64,000 nt of DNA from a virus. The stretch covers positions 1-64,000 of the IMG/VR virus record IMGVR_UViG_3300044710_000137; one strand, 5' to 3'. The position numbers were made by a program, and so were the translations under genes. Shown here piece by piece: positions 34,122 to 43,661 of the stretch (its first letter is position 1; each line of letters starts with the position of its first letter). The notes beneath the pieces were generated by a model. The model saw nothing but the letters and a program-made list of their open reading frames with translations. It ran no database searches and was not told where the DNA came from.

Positions 34122-35771
34122 TCACGCCCCGGCTCCTTTCTCGGCCTTCTTCTGTCTCCACTCATCGAAGGTGGGGAGCTGTTTGGCGAGGTCGGCCCGG
34201 ATCATTTGCTCGATCCTGCCGGCCCGGTTCTCCGCGGTTGCGCAGTCCCACCATATGACGGATGAACCGTGCATTGTGGTGATCTTCTCAGCTTTAAGAA
34301 CGTGGCGCTTCTCGGCCTGGAGCCGTTTGAGTTCGTCTATTGACAGCGCTTGGTAGCACATATCGATCGCCGCATTATTCTCGGCGGTGTATTCGTGCAA
34401 GAGAAGCTGCTGGGCGTTGTAGGCTTCGTCAGCCTTACGCTGGCGCTCTTCGTCGGCCTTGAATTCAGCGCGAGCCTTCGCGCCACGTTTCCACTCGATC
34501 GCGAACTCTGCCACCTGGTCGACCAGCGCGCCAACTCCCTTGGTGCGGTCCATCCTGGCTTGGCCTTTTGGCCTCAACAGAAAGTTTTCGAAGTCTTCGA
34601 GTCCGGCATCTGCCGGCCATAACTTCCAAGCTGCGGCGAGTAGGGTGACGCTGGCGACTCCCTTTTTGTGCGTGCGGTAGAGTTCCGTGACGTGCTTGTA
34701 GAACTCGCCGTCAGCCACGAGCGTCTTGTCCGGGGCTGTGTAGGTACTTGTGCCCGCGCCTGTCCGTCCGTCTTTGGATCCGGATGGTGGCAAGACGGCC
34801 GGATTAGCGGGACGGACAGAGTAGGACGAAGGGGTTTCTGGCCTCTGCAGGTGGTCAATAAGGTGGCGGGCTCGGGTACCGATGTTTCCGTAGGTTTTTC
34901 GCTCGGAGTACCTGAGGTTTTTGAGGCTCGATAAAAACGCAGTACGGGCGTCGAACAGATTCTCCCAGACAAGAGTACGGTAGTCTTTGACCAGCATCTC
35001 CTGGGGGGCTTCGGCCTCCTCGCCGTCCTGGCGCGCCTCCGGGGGCACCAGGATAGTATCGGTATCGTCGCCTAACTTATTGAGAAGATTGGAAAAAGTA
35101 CGTAACACGGCAGGCTCTAACCGGGGTCCTTCGAGCCCCGTTCTGACAACAGTACTGTTGACAGAAGCTCGCTCCTCGGCGGTCAGGAAGGGTCTCGGCT
35201 CGGGGTACACCGCGTAGCCATTCCGGCGCCCCCGCGGAATCTCCACGCGGATGCGCTTCTCGGCCAGCAGACTGGCGGTGATGGCTGACACCCGCTGCTT
35301 ACTCATGGCCAACAGGTCGGCCACGGCCTGCATGGAGAACAGCAGGTAGTGGCGGTTGCTATCCTCACGCAAGATCTCATGGCGCCCCGCATCTAACACT
35401 ACGGCGTAGGGCATACAAGCCGGCCAACACCAGGATTGCCAGATGTACGCGGCCAGCACGCGGTCCTGCGCGTGGCCGGGGAGCGGCTTCCAATTGGCGC
35501 GCTCGATCTCGTTCTTGGGGGGGAGGTCCATCTGTGCTTCGATGAGGTTGTTGGGGAATTTGGCCCAGAGCCAGGAGGATGCCTGTCGACCGCCAAGACC
35601 CATCTGCTCCCCCAGTTCTTTGGTCAGGGCAATCTGCCGGCGTTTCGCAGCCGTGTCGTCTACCCGGTCCGGCGGTGCTTCGTCGGCTAATGGCGCGTCG
35701 GCGTCGATCTGCTCGTACTCGCGTTGGCGCTCGTCCGGCGGCCTCTTTCGATCTGGCGGGCGGTTGCTCAA
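34122..35771 (-). CDS. Putative replication initiator (wHTH-containing)
   Basis: SMQAVADLLAMSKQRVSAITASL HTH; ~550 aa; TTG start overlapping upstream stop; function inferred. Confidence 0.55.
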   Translation of the reverse strand: MSNRPPDRKRPPDERQREYEQIDADAPLADEAPPDRVDDTAAKRRQIALTKELGEQMGLGGRQASSWLWAKFPNNLIEAQMDLPPKNEIERANWKPLPGHAQDRVLAAYIWQSWCWPACMPYAVVLDAGRHEILREDSNRHYLLFSMQAVADLLAMSKQRVSAITASLLAEKRIRVEIPRGRRNGYAVYPEPRPFLTAEERASVNSTVVRTGLEGPRLEPAVLRTFSNLLNKLGDDTDTILVPPEARQDGEEAEAPQEMLVKDYRTLVWENLFDARTAFLSSLKNLRYSERKTYGNIGTRARHLIDHLQRPETPSSYSVRPANPAVLPPSGSKDGRTGAGTSTYTAPDKTLVADGEFYKHVTELYRTHKKGVASVTLLAAAWKLWPADAGLEDFENFLLRPKGQARMDRTKGVGALVDQVAEFAIEWKRGAKARAEFKADEERQRKADEAYNAQQLLLHEYTAENNAAIDMCYQALSIDELKRLQAEKRHVLKAEKITTMHGSSVIWWDCATAENRAGRIEQMIRADLAKQLPTFDEWRQKKAEKGAGA

Positions 35772-35980
35772 CGGGCGCCTTTCGCCGGCATCTTTGCCAC
35801 GTCCTCGTGTTTGCGTTCTTTTATTAGTTTTTCGTATTCGGTGCCAGGAAGCCCGAGTGCCCATCGGAGCACGTCTCTTAGCGCGATGTGCTCGCCCTGT
35901 TCCCTGCCCTGCTGCTTAGCGAGGATCTCTCCGTCTTCAAACTGAATAGCTCTACGGATCTCAGAAGATGATCTCCTCAT
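35768..35980 (-). CDS. Hypothetical protein
   Basis: Coupled leftward ORF. Confidence 0.55.
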   Translation of the reverse strand: MRRSSSEIRRAIQFEDGEILAKQQGREQGEHIALRDVLRWALGLPGTEYEKLIKERKHEDVAKMPAKGAR

Positions 35981-35983
35981 TTC

Positions 35984-36268
35984 TTAAATTTCTCCTGGAG
36001 TGCCTGAGGGATTTGGTGTTGCTGCCGCGCGTGCCGCAGCCGCGTCCCGCGCTGGTTCCTGCCATCGGACAGTGGGCGGATTAGTTCTGATGTCCAGCAC
36101 CCACCAGTAACCGCAGGTTTGGCACGTAGCCCGCAGCGACATACCGTACCTAAGTACTGGACCGCAACCATTTGGACAGTTGCGGGCATCCCAGACGATA
36201 TCGCTTTTACCAGCCGGGGGCGCGGCGGCGACACCGGCGGCATCAACAACTGATTTTTCTTGGCTCAT
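35984..36268 (-). CDS. Zn-ribbon protein beginning and ending in A elements
   Basis: KSVVDAAG..CPNGC..CQTC..PARDAAAARAA. Confidence 0.55.
   Translation of the reverse strand: MSQEKSVVDAAGVAAAPPAGKSDIVWDARNCPNGCGPVLRYGMSLRATCQTCGYWWVLDIRTNPPTVRWQEPARDAAAARAAATPNPSGTPGEI
36018..36056 (-). repeat. Family A hairpin element
   Basis: ACCA GC-GCGGG A CGC GGCT GCG G CACGC-GC GGCAGCAAC. Confidence 0.9.
36208..36247 (+). repeat. Family A hairpin element
   Basis: TACCA GC-CGGGG G CGC GGCG GCG A CACCG-GC GGCATCAAC. Confidence 0.9.
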
Positions 36269-36657
36269 GATCCTCCTCCTGCAGCCATACTTCGTTCCCC
36301 TTTCCACTTCAGCCTTAGAGCTTGGGCTGCTTTCTCTACTTCCACTGCACTTGGTCTCAATCCACGCTCTGACGTCTTCACTACCGCTGCATTGAGAACC
36401 GCCGGCAATCTCATGATTTGAGCTGCTGCCACCAGGTTGTCCAACTCCGATACGAACGTCGCTCCGAACTTCCCCGCTATTGATCTCTGTTGGTCACTGG
36501 CGTGTCTCCAAGCGGTTAGCCATACTCCAGGCCCATATTTTCGCTGGCTATAAACCCGGGCGTCCCGCAGCTCGCAATCCTCGATCCGGGCGATGGGGCG
36601 CTGGCTCTCGGTTTCGATGGCGATCCAGCAGAGTTTCTTGTGTTTGTGGTGCATCAA
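36265..36657 (-). CDS. Hypothetical protein
   Basis: Coupled leftward ORF. Confidence 0.6.
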   Translation of the reverse strand: MMHHKHKKLCWIAIETESQRPIARIEDCELRDARVYSQRKYGPGVWLTAWRHASDQQRSIAGKFGATFVSELDNLVAAAQIMRLPAVLNAAVVKTSERGLRPSAVEVEKAAQALRLKWKGERSMAAGGGS

Positions 36658-36983
36658 GACGCCGCCTTTCGAGCCCTCACCGTGCCTGCACGCTCCAGCC
36701 GCTTCATCTCACGCGTGAGAACCTTCACCACGCTCACCTTCCCCCTCGCCGTGCCTGCACGATCGAGCCGCTCCATCTCACCCACTTCCGCCAGCAGGCG
36801 CGTCATCATCGGGCGGCGGGCAGTCTCACGCCATTCCCTAATGGCAGCAGCAGCGTCCCTGCAGGTAGTACAGAGATCCTGGCCGTCCACCCAGGCGCAC
36901 GAATTGGCGCAGGCGTCCAGATCGGTGCAGCCGCACACACGGCACCTTACAAGTCCGTTTCGATCAAACTTTGGTTTATGCAC
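36654..36983 (-). CDS. Cys-rich protein (CRVCGCT..C..WV..DLCxxC) with internal repeat
   Basis: Shares motif with 22157 gene; EMxRLxRAGT occurs twice. Confidence 0.65.
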   Translation of the reverse strand: MHKPKFDRNGLVRCRVCGCTDLDACANSCAWVDGQDLCTTCRDAAAAIREWRETARRPMMTRLLAEVGEMERLDRAGTARGKVSVVKVLTREMKRLERAGTVRARKAAS

Positions 36984-37574
36984 GAACGCGCTCCCTTCAA
37001 AAATGCGCGGTGAAATTCACGCCGCGCGGTTGCGCGATGGGGGAAGGACTCGATAAAATAGGCAGTGAGTCGCAGCCCTCCAACGCTTGTGTTGAGGCTT
37101 GTTTGCCGCGCTCTGACCGGCCAAAAGTTAAAGAGCGGCGAATAAGAAAACTACAGTGTCAAATGGGGGTGACCTTCCGCGACTCACGGAACGGTGGTCC
37201 GGTGGTGCAATTCTGAATGTTTCGGATTGTGGACCAGAGTTTTTCATACCACTCCCATCAAAGAGTGATCGAGGTCCGGGCGGGGTGATGTCCACTGGGT
37301 GGCACCCGCCCGGCTCGAAGAAAAATCGTACAACGACTGCACACCCGGTTGCAACTTTCCGCGAAAGTTTGTATGCTCGTTGGTGAACGCGCTAGACAAA
37401 AGTAAATACTAGGAGGCTGGGTTGTTCCAGCCTCCGTCCTTTCCCGAAACTGCTAGAGTAGCACCCCCTCAGATCGCTGCCGTACACTTCAGTGGTCAAT
37501 ATTGAACAGGTTCACCGAAACTTCGCCTGATTCCTCACGCCCAGACAACTTGTCGGACTGTCCATGAACTCAAC

Positions 37575-38045
37575 TTACGTCAGGCGTTCGAGCGATACCC
37601 GGTTGATCCGGAGCCAGCGCGTGCGCCGGATGACCATCAACCGACCCTCCTGGATAGCGTCCCGCAGATAGGACGCGGGCAGGCCCCAGTACTCCTCAGC
37701 CTCTTCAATCGTGAGCCATCCCTTGATCTGCGGGGGCGTGGCCGTCGACGGGGGCGCCGGCTTGATAGCATCCAGGAACGCACCCAGGGCTGCGGGATTT
37801 GGAGACTTCCCCGGCTCCGGAAGGAGCACGGCCCGCACTTCGGTTTCGGCACGCTGCCGTTCGACGTGCTCCGGATTGTACACGCCCAGCGAACGGCGGC
37901 CGTCCTCGGACTCCCGAAAGCGCTGTTCTAATTTGCCGCGGGATACCAAACGCTCCACGGTCTTTTCCGCGCAATTGAGGATGCGCGCCACCTCTGGCTT
38001 GGTAGGCCAATTAGAAATATCGGTTTTGGTTTGAGGGGACATCAT
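37575..38045 (-). CDS. Excisionase-like protein with two MerR-type wHTH domains
   Basis: TKPEVARILNCAEKTVERLV..GKL and WLTIEEA..YWGL...L..AIQEGRL. Confidence 0.75.
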   Translation of the reverse strand: MMSPQTKTDISNWPTKPEVARILNCAEKTVERLVSRGKLEQRFRESEDGRRSLGVYNPEHVERQRAETEVRAVLLPEPGKSPNPAALGAFLDAIKPAPPSTATPPQIKGWLTIEEAEEYWGLPASYLRDAIQEGRLMVIRRTRWLRINRVSLERLT

Positions 38046-38133
38046 GTCCGACAGTCTAGCAGAGGGCTAAGGACATAGGGTGTCCGACTGTCGAAAAATA
38101 GCTTGATGGGATATATGCAGAATTGCATTTTAT

Positions 38134-38170
38134 GTTGCTGCCGCGCCGGTCAGCCTGCCCGGCGCTGGTA
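38134..38170 (-). repeat. Family A hairpin element
   Basis: TACCA GC-GCCGG G CA GGC TG A CCGGC-GC GGCAGCAAC. Confidence 0.9.
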
Positions 38171-38511
38171 GAACCTTTAGTCGACTCACGCGGCGCTGGC
38201 GGGCACTTGCGTCCCTCATGTCGCGCGCCGCACTTCTGGCACGCCCCGCAGCACCAACAGAACCGGCGCTCTCCTATTCCCGCTCCGCACCATTGGCACT
38301 TCGTTCCAGGCATATTTCGCATCCGCGCACAATCGTGTGGGTTTCGGGCAGAGCTAAATATTAACACTTGTGGTTGCGTTGCGTGGCCCTAGCCACGGTC
38401 ATCAACCCACAGGGGCACCGCGGCCCTTTGCGCCAGCCCACAGGTCGCCCGGAGCCCGCGCCGTGGGTTTTACGCAGCGCAGCCATCGCTCGCGCTTGAC
38501 GGCTGGTGAGT

Positions 38512-38877
38512 TTACGCATCGGCGCCAAGCAGTGTAGCCGTATCTCTCAGCGGATCGGCAACCGGGGGTTGCACGGCTATCCAGGCGTCAATGCGCGCCA
38601 CGAGTGCAATCTCTCGCGCGGTGTAGTTGCCTATCCGCGCCTCATCCGCCCGCCGTATCGACAGGCCACGCAACTCAGCCCGAGCGTTGGCAATGCAAGC
38701 GTCGAGGGATAGCATACCTCTGCATTCCGGACAGCCTTCGTGGTCCCGCTCAAGTTCCGTCTTGGCTAGGATCTGCTGCGCTTCTTCGATATTCTCGATT
38801 CCGTACACAGTGCCGTAGGCTGTTCTGACGTTCATTGTTTCGCTCCTGCCGTGGTAGCGGCTTTTGATCGATCTCAT
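38512..38877 (-). CDS. Hypothetical protein
   Basis: Downstream of promoter 38896-38924; likely start MNVRTAY after AGGAG. Confidence 0.6.
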   Translation of the reverse strand: MRSIKSRYHGRSETMNVRTAYGTVYGIENIEEAQQILAKTELERDHEGCPECRGMLSLDACIANARAELRGLSIRRADEARIGNYTAREIALVARIDAWIAVQPPVADPLRDTATLLGADA

Positions 38878-38895
38878 ATCCTCGATCTGATAATC

Positions 38896-38924
38896 AGTGT
38901 ACTCCAGAGCTGTTTATGTGTCAA
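38896..38924 (-). promoter_or_regulatory. Sigma70-type promoter
   Basis: TTGACA-17-TACACT. Confidence 0.7.
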
Positions 38925-38952
38925 GCACTATTTCGAACTATTTTTGGCGGGC

Positions 38953-39633
38953 TCACCAATTCACCAATTTTTCGGCGGCCGCATCCAATCGGATATTCGC
39001 CACTCTCAAGTAGATCATGGTGTTTTGGATGTTTCGATGTCCGAGCCAATCCTTCACCTGGTCGACGCCCAGGCCCTGCAGGAGCAAGTGGACGCCGCAG
39101 GAGTGCTTCAGCGCATGGAAGTGCCGCAGCTCCGGAGGAAGGGCAGCCAGCTCTCCGTACCATTTCATCAGCGCATCCAGCCGCTTCCTGGATATTGGCC
39201 GCCTTCTCGAGCTAGGGAATATCGGGCCATCGTAATCCCCGCGGACCCTGAGCCAGGCGCGGAGTTCCTTGTTCTCGGGCTTGGTGAGCTGGTAGATCTT
39301 CGAATCGCTGTCCTTGAGCCGGCGCACGTAGAGTTTGCCGGTGCGCTCGTTGATCGTGGGAGGGGTGTAATCCCTCATCTGCAGCAACCCCACCTCGGAG
39401 GCACGCAAGCCACGATGGTAGGCGACCGACCAGATAGCCCGGTCCCGCGGCGCCACAATAACCGCCATGAGCGATTTGATTTCACTCATACTCAGCCAGG
39501 CCAGCGGCTTCGAGCCACGCTTTGCTTGCTTGGCGTCGATCGCGGCGGCTTTATCGACATGGGACAAAATAGGTATTCTGTCCCGTATGGGGTCAATTTG
39601 AGCTTCTATCTCGTTGATTCCAGGCTCGGCCAT
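38953..39633 (-). CDS. Tyrosine recombinase, FimB/FimE-like (catalytic domain only)
   Basis: GLRASE, RRLK, HALKHSCG, WLGHRNIQNTMIY; 226 aa, no arm/core-binding N-domain. Confidence 0.9.
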   Translation of the reverse strand: MAEPGINEIEAQIDPIRDRIPILSHVDKAAAIDAKQAKRGSKPLAWLSMSEIKSLMAVIVAPRDRAIWSVAYHRGLRASEVGLLQMRDYTPPTINERTGKLYVRRLKDSDSKIYQLTKPENKELRAWLRVRGDYDGPIFPSSRRRPISRKRLDALMKWYGELAALPPELRHFHALKHSCGVHLLLQGLGVDQVKDWLGHRNIQNTMIYLRVANIRLDAAAEKLVNW

Positions 39634-40009
39634 GGCTTCGCTTCCCGTCTGTACTGTCCCATCCGACGCGTTTTAGGCGCATTTTCAGTGGTTTACGGCT
39701 CACCTACCATAGTCGTGCCTGGGGGAGGTCCTCGCCAAGACATCGCGCGATGACTACTGGCCTGTTTTTCCCCTGGTTTTCCCCTGATTTCCCCGGATTT
39801 TCCCGCCGGGACTGTCGGATTAGCCGTAATTCCGACGACGCACCGGTGTGGACATCCCTTTGTTTTGTTCGCAGCGCCCGCGCCGGCCGCCCCCAATCCG
39901 ACACTTCCGACAGCTAAACGCTGTTTTTGCGAAAAAACGCACGTCGAGGGCCAAACGAGCGGGGCTGGGTGATAGGCGTTGGGGCGTTGGCGAGCGGTCA
40001 ACCGCGCGT

Positions 40010-40050
40010 CTACCAGCGCGGGACGCGGCGGCGGCACGCGCGGCATCAAC
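40010..40050 (+). repeat. Family A hairpin element
   Basis: CTACCA GC-GCGGG A CGC GGCG GCG G CACGC-GC GGCATCAAC. Confidence 0.9.
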
Positions 40051-40121
40051 AACAAATCCTTCTGGTATGTATCGCACGATGTCTATACAGGGAACGTCCG
40101 AACGAACAACAATAGGTAAGC

Positions 40122-40553
40122 ATGCCGAAATCGGTTACCCCAATCGAAGGAATCCTGGCCGAGCTGGTCGACGACTTCGCCCCGCTGCGCATCGCCGTAG
40201 ACCACTTCCGCACTACATCCAACCTCCACGACCGCCTGTGGGAGAAAATCAAAGTCCACCTGGCCAAGCACCCGGGCGACAAAACAGTAACCCTCTGCGG
40301 TAACAAGTACGTGATCGAGGTGGACGCCTGCCAGCCGAAGCGCGTGGTAAAACCGTTGGCCGCGGTATATGAGCGGTTGAAGAAGCTGTTCGGCGCCAAG
40401 CGATTCTGGGAGCTGGTGACATTTCCGGTGACGCCCATCGACGCGATGTTCTCGGACGACGAGCAAAAGAAAAACTTCATCGATACGAGCCAGACCGGCG
40501 CGCGCAAGATCATCAGCGTGGAGTTGATTGACGGCGTGGCTAAGGCAGCTTGA
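40122..40553 (+). CDS. Hypothetical protein
   Basis: AGGT SD, clean ORF. Confidence 0.7.
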   Translation: MPKSVTPIEGILAELVDDFAPLRIAVDHFRTTSNLHDRLWEKIKVHLAKHPGDKTVTLCGNKYVIEVDACQPKRVVKPLAAVYERLKKLFGAKRFWELVTFPVTPIDAMFSDDEQKKNFIDTSQTGARKIISVELIDGVAKAA

Positions 40554-40556
40554 AAT

Positions 40557-40588
40557 CGGTGGTTGGTGGCTGGTGGTTGGTGGCTGGC
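40557..40588 (-). repeat. Heptamer tandem array
   Basis: cggtggt tggtggc tggtggt tggtggc tgg directly after a stop codon. Confidence 0.8.
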
Positions 40589-40708
40589 AAAGATGCCGGT
40601 TTAGCGGAGTGGCCGCCCTGCCAGAGGCTTGTCCGTTGAGACGAGAAGGGGCTGCGGATATCAGCGGGAAGAGGCCAGAAGGCCCCCGTGGCGCGGCCTC
40701 AGATTTAT

Positions 40709-40783
40709 GCCCTTGGGTAGAGAAATGGTAACTCGCCGGGAATAGACTCCTGGAGGTGTGGGTTCGAATCCCACCCCGTTGGC
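40709..40783 (+). tRNA. tRNA-like element / pseudo-tRNA with non-canonical anticodon loop
   Basis: GAG/CTC D-stem with TGG, CCGGG AATAGACT CCTGG, GTGGG TTCGAAT CCCAC; mismatched acceptor stem. Confidence 0.6.
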
Positions 40784-41295
40784 TTTCCTTTATGAGCAGA
40801 TTCCGCCAAGGCGAATCGTCCCGGCAGCCGGCTGCACGCCGTCCCGATATTTCTGGCTCGCGCTTGTGCCCCGGTAGCGTGCATGGCCCGGACCCGAAGT
40901 TGATCTCGGCGAATAAGCGCTGGTGTGCGGCGTGTTGCGAAACGGAATGGAAGAAGCTGCTGGAGCAGGTTCGGGCATCGAAGATGCTGCAAGGGACTAC
41001 GCCGGAAGTCCAGAAGGTTCTTGCCGCGTGTGCGGAAGGCTCCTTGGATCTCACTGGCGGGGTCGAGGATGCCTCGGCATGAAGAGCTTGGGCCGTATCG
41101 CATACGAAGCGCGCCACCCTCCGGTCTACCGAGCCTCCGAACCCTGGCCGACCATGACGCCGAGCGCTCAGAATAAGTGGGACGCGGTTGGCCGTGCGGT
41201 GCAGGATGAAGTATTGCGCCGGCTGAAACAGGAAGACATGCGCCGCGGCATCAACTTCACCGAAGCAGTCTACAGCGTATTGGCAGGGGCATAGC

Positions 41296-41865
41296 GTGAT
41301 CCTGGAGTTTCCGACCCCCGACCCCCGATCCCCGACCCCGGCAGCGGGCCGGCCGCTGCCCTGGTATGCCCTGCGCGTCAAAGCCCTCCACGAATTCCAC
41401 GTCGAGCGCGAGTTGTGCCGGTACGGTATCGAACCCTACCTGCCGACACGTAAAAGGAAACACTGGCGCAACACCGAAGTGGACGTACCCCTGATCCCTG
41501 GCTACGTCTTCGCGCGCGCGGAAGCTTGTGATATATATGCCACACTGCGTTGGACCAACTGGCTCACCAATATCTTGGGAGACCGGCATGGCCCTACCGA
41601 AATCCCCGCCGATCAAATCGAAACGCTCCGCCTGATGGTCGCCAATTCGAAAATCGAAGTAATCCCGCTGGCCGATATCTGGAAGGGCGGGGAAGAGGTC
41701 GAGGTCGTGAGCGGCCCGCTGCAGGGCGCCAAGGGGCGCGTGGCCAGAGTCAAGAACAAGACGCAGCTCGTCATCTTCATCGAGATGCTGGGATCCGCGA
41801 TCTGCACGGAACTGGACGCCGCCAGCGTGCGCGTCATTCCCGTGGATCTACCGCTCGCGGCGTAG
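41296..41865 (+). CDS. NusG/UpxY-type transcription antiterminator
   Basis: WYALRV..E, YLP, PLIPGYVF, KOW motif GEEVEVVSGPLQGAKG. Confidence 0.9.
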   Translation: MILEFPTPDPRSPTPAAGRPLPWYALRVKALHEFHVERELCRYGIEPYLPTRKRKHWRNTEVDVPLIPGYVFARAEACDIYATLRWTNWLTNILGDRHGPTEIPADQIETLRLMVANSKIEVIPLADIWKGGEEVEVVSGPLQGAKGRVARVKNKTQLVIFIEMLGSAICTELDAASVRVIPVDLPLAA

Positions 41866-41905
41866 CCCCAACACCCAGCACCCAGCACCCAGAACCCAGA
41901 ACCCG
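41866..41905 (+). repeat. Heptamer tandem array (CCCAGCA/CCCAGAA)
   Basis: Five units upstream of ATG 41911. Confidence 0.8.
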
Positions 41906-41910
41906 CCACC

Positions 41911-42123
41911 ATGAACCCCGCCTGGATTCCCGCCTTCGTCACCGTCACCGGACTCATCGCTAACGCAGCGTGGGGGCTATACAACATGGGCGAACGCGCA
42001 GCCATTCAGGTGGCCATCCAGAAGCAGGAAGCGGCCATCCTGTCGATCAAGGAGTGGGCGCTTGAGGAATTCGTGACCAAGGAAACGCTGAAACTCCGCA
42101 TGGCCGCCCAGCAACACGCATAA
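41911..42123 (+). CDS. Small membrane protein
   Basis: N-terminal TM plus coiled coil. Confidence 0.6.
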   Translation: MNPAWIPAFVTVTGLIANAAWGLYNMGERAAIQVAIQKQEAAILSIKEWALEEFVTKETLKLRMAAQQHA

Positions 42124-42130
42124 AGGAATA

Positions 42131-42544
42131 ATGGAACCTGCAACGGCCCGCCGTCCGATCAAGCTGCTGTCCGACATCATCCTGGTCCACGTGGACCAAG
42201 AGGAACTCCTGGAGTGCGGGCTTTACGCGCCGGCCGAAGCGCAGCCCGGCAACGTGGACATCGCGGAAAAGCACGCGCTGATGCGTAGTGGCACGGTCGT
42301 GCATTCCGATCCCGATCACGTGTTCGAAGTCTATTCCGGCACAGGTCCGGGCCTGAAATCGAGAAAATGCGCGCGGCTGACCATGAGCATCGCGGTCGGC
42401 GATCGCGTGGTCTTCTCGGCGTGGGTGGGGACGAACCAGGCGATTCAGTACGGATGGGGCCCGGAGTATTTACTGATGCGGGAATCCGAGGTCCTGGGGA
42501 AGTTGGAATCAAAGACGGAACGCAAGCGTAAAGTGAAAGCATGA
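42131..42544 (+). CDS. groES: GroES/Cpn10-like co-chaperonin
   Basis: IKLLSDIILV, SGTVV, VGDRVVFS.W.GT, YLLMRESEVLG. Confidence 0.8.
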   Translation: MEPATARRPIKLLSDIILVHVDQEELLECGLYAPAEAQPGNVDIAEKHALMRSGTVVHSDPDHVFEVYSGTGPGLKSRKCARLTMSIAVGDRVVFSAWVGTNQAIQYGWGPEYLLMRESEVLGKLESKTERKRKVKA

Positions 42545-43029
42545 AGATCCTGCGAGCACTCCTGGCGGCCCTGGGCCTGTGCGCCCTCGCGGCCGCGCAA
42601 ACGCCGTCCACGACAACGACCCTGGCGATGGTGCGCGAGATTCAGCCGTTGCTGGCGAGTCCCGTGCCGTGCTTGGTCTACATCGCGGCCGGTAAAACGA
42701 TGTGCGCGTCCCTCGGCGCGAATATCGTCGTAACGGCAAATCCGAACGGCGTAACGCTCAGCGTCTCCAACCCCAGCCTCACCATGGTGTTTCCGTCACC
42801 GGTCTATTTTCCGGTGACCACCGCGGGCACACAGACGTTCACCACCACGCAGCCGTCCACCGCGAGCGGTAACGCCGCGAACAGCAACCCTCACTACTGG
42901 GTATTCCGCGATGGCGTGCTCCTGAACTACGGCACAGATTACACGCAGTCGGGGAACATCGCGGGGTCAACGGTCACTCTTGGGGGGGCCCAAACCACCG
43001 TCCCTGGCGACGTCATTCAAATCTGGTAA
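42541..43029 (+). CDS. Signal-peptide protein with beta-rich domain
   Basis: MKILRALLAALGLCALAAAQ; VFRDGVLL..GTDYT. Confidence 0.65.
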   Translation: MKILRALLAALGLCALAAAQTPSTTTTLAMVREIQPLLASPVPCLVYIAAGKTMCASLGANIVVTANPNGVTLSVSNPSLTMVFPSPVYFPVTTAGTQTFTTTQPSTASGNAANSNPHYWVFRDGVLLNYGTDYTQSGNIAGSTVTLGGAQTTVPGDVIQIW

Positions 43030-43032
43030 CTG

Positions 43033-43647
43033 ATGGATTTTACCCCGTTCCACATGCAGCCTGGCGACGTAATCGCCTTCGCCGGTAAAGAGCCGCTTTC
43101 GTTCCTCATCGACGCCTATACCGGTTCGAAGCTGTCGCACCTGGCGATGGTCAAGTCCAACACCTCGGGTGAGGTCTGGGTCACCGAAAGCACGATCTTC
43201 ACCGATCCCCTGACCAAGAAAAAGATCAGCGGGCCGCAGACGCATCCCCTCGAACAGGTCCTGACCGTGGATTACGCGGCGCCCGGCTCTTGCGCATGGC
43301 ACCTGGCGCTCTCGGACGACGTGCGGGCGCAGATCGATTGGACACAATTCTCCGCATTTATCGCGCATTGCGAGAACGGCTCCGTGGCCTACGATATCCC
43401 CGGCTATATAGCGTTCCTGCTGCGATCAATCCCATTCCTGGGCGCGCGGGTGTGCCAGTCGGAAAACTATCGCAGGATGTTCTGTTCGGCTTACGATACG
43501 GCCATCTTCGAGAACTGCGGCGTGCCCTTACACCGCGACTTTTCGGCGACGTCGCCGGCGGACCTGGTGCGCATGCGGATTTACAAGTCGTGCACGCAGA
43601 TTCTGGGACTGACGACGGTGATCGATCCAGCCTTCAACACGCTGTAA
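43033..43647 (+). CDS. Permuted papain-like NlpC/P60 amidase (YiiX/YebB-like)
   Basis: QPGDVIAF, SHLAM, AYD, MFCS (His before Cys). Confidence 0.8.
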   Translation: MDFTPFHMQPGDVIAFAGKEPLSFLIDAYTGSKLSHLAMVKSNTSGEVWVTESTIFTDPLTKKKISGPQTHPLEQVLTVDYAAPGSCAWHLALSDDVRAQIDWTQFSAFIAHCENGSVAYDIPGYIAFLLRSIPFLGARVCQSENYRRMFCSAYDTAIFENCGVPLHRDFSATSPADLVRMRIYKSCTQILGLTTVIDPAFNTL

Positions 43648-43661
43648 TCTTTCCCTTTTCT

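Noticed and set aside
38953-39633. Canonical prophage integrase with attL/attR
   Set aside because: Lacks N-terminal integrase domains; no host genes or att duplication visible, so prophage versus free phage cannot be decided.
40594-40703. GCCGGTTTAGCGGAGTGG resembling a tRNA 5' half
   Set aside because: No T arm or matching 3' acceptor strand found.
40083-41381. 432-aa minus-strand ORF
   Set aside because: Overlaps several plus-strand genes, a tRNA-like element and repeats; low-complexity translation.
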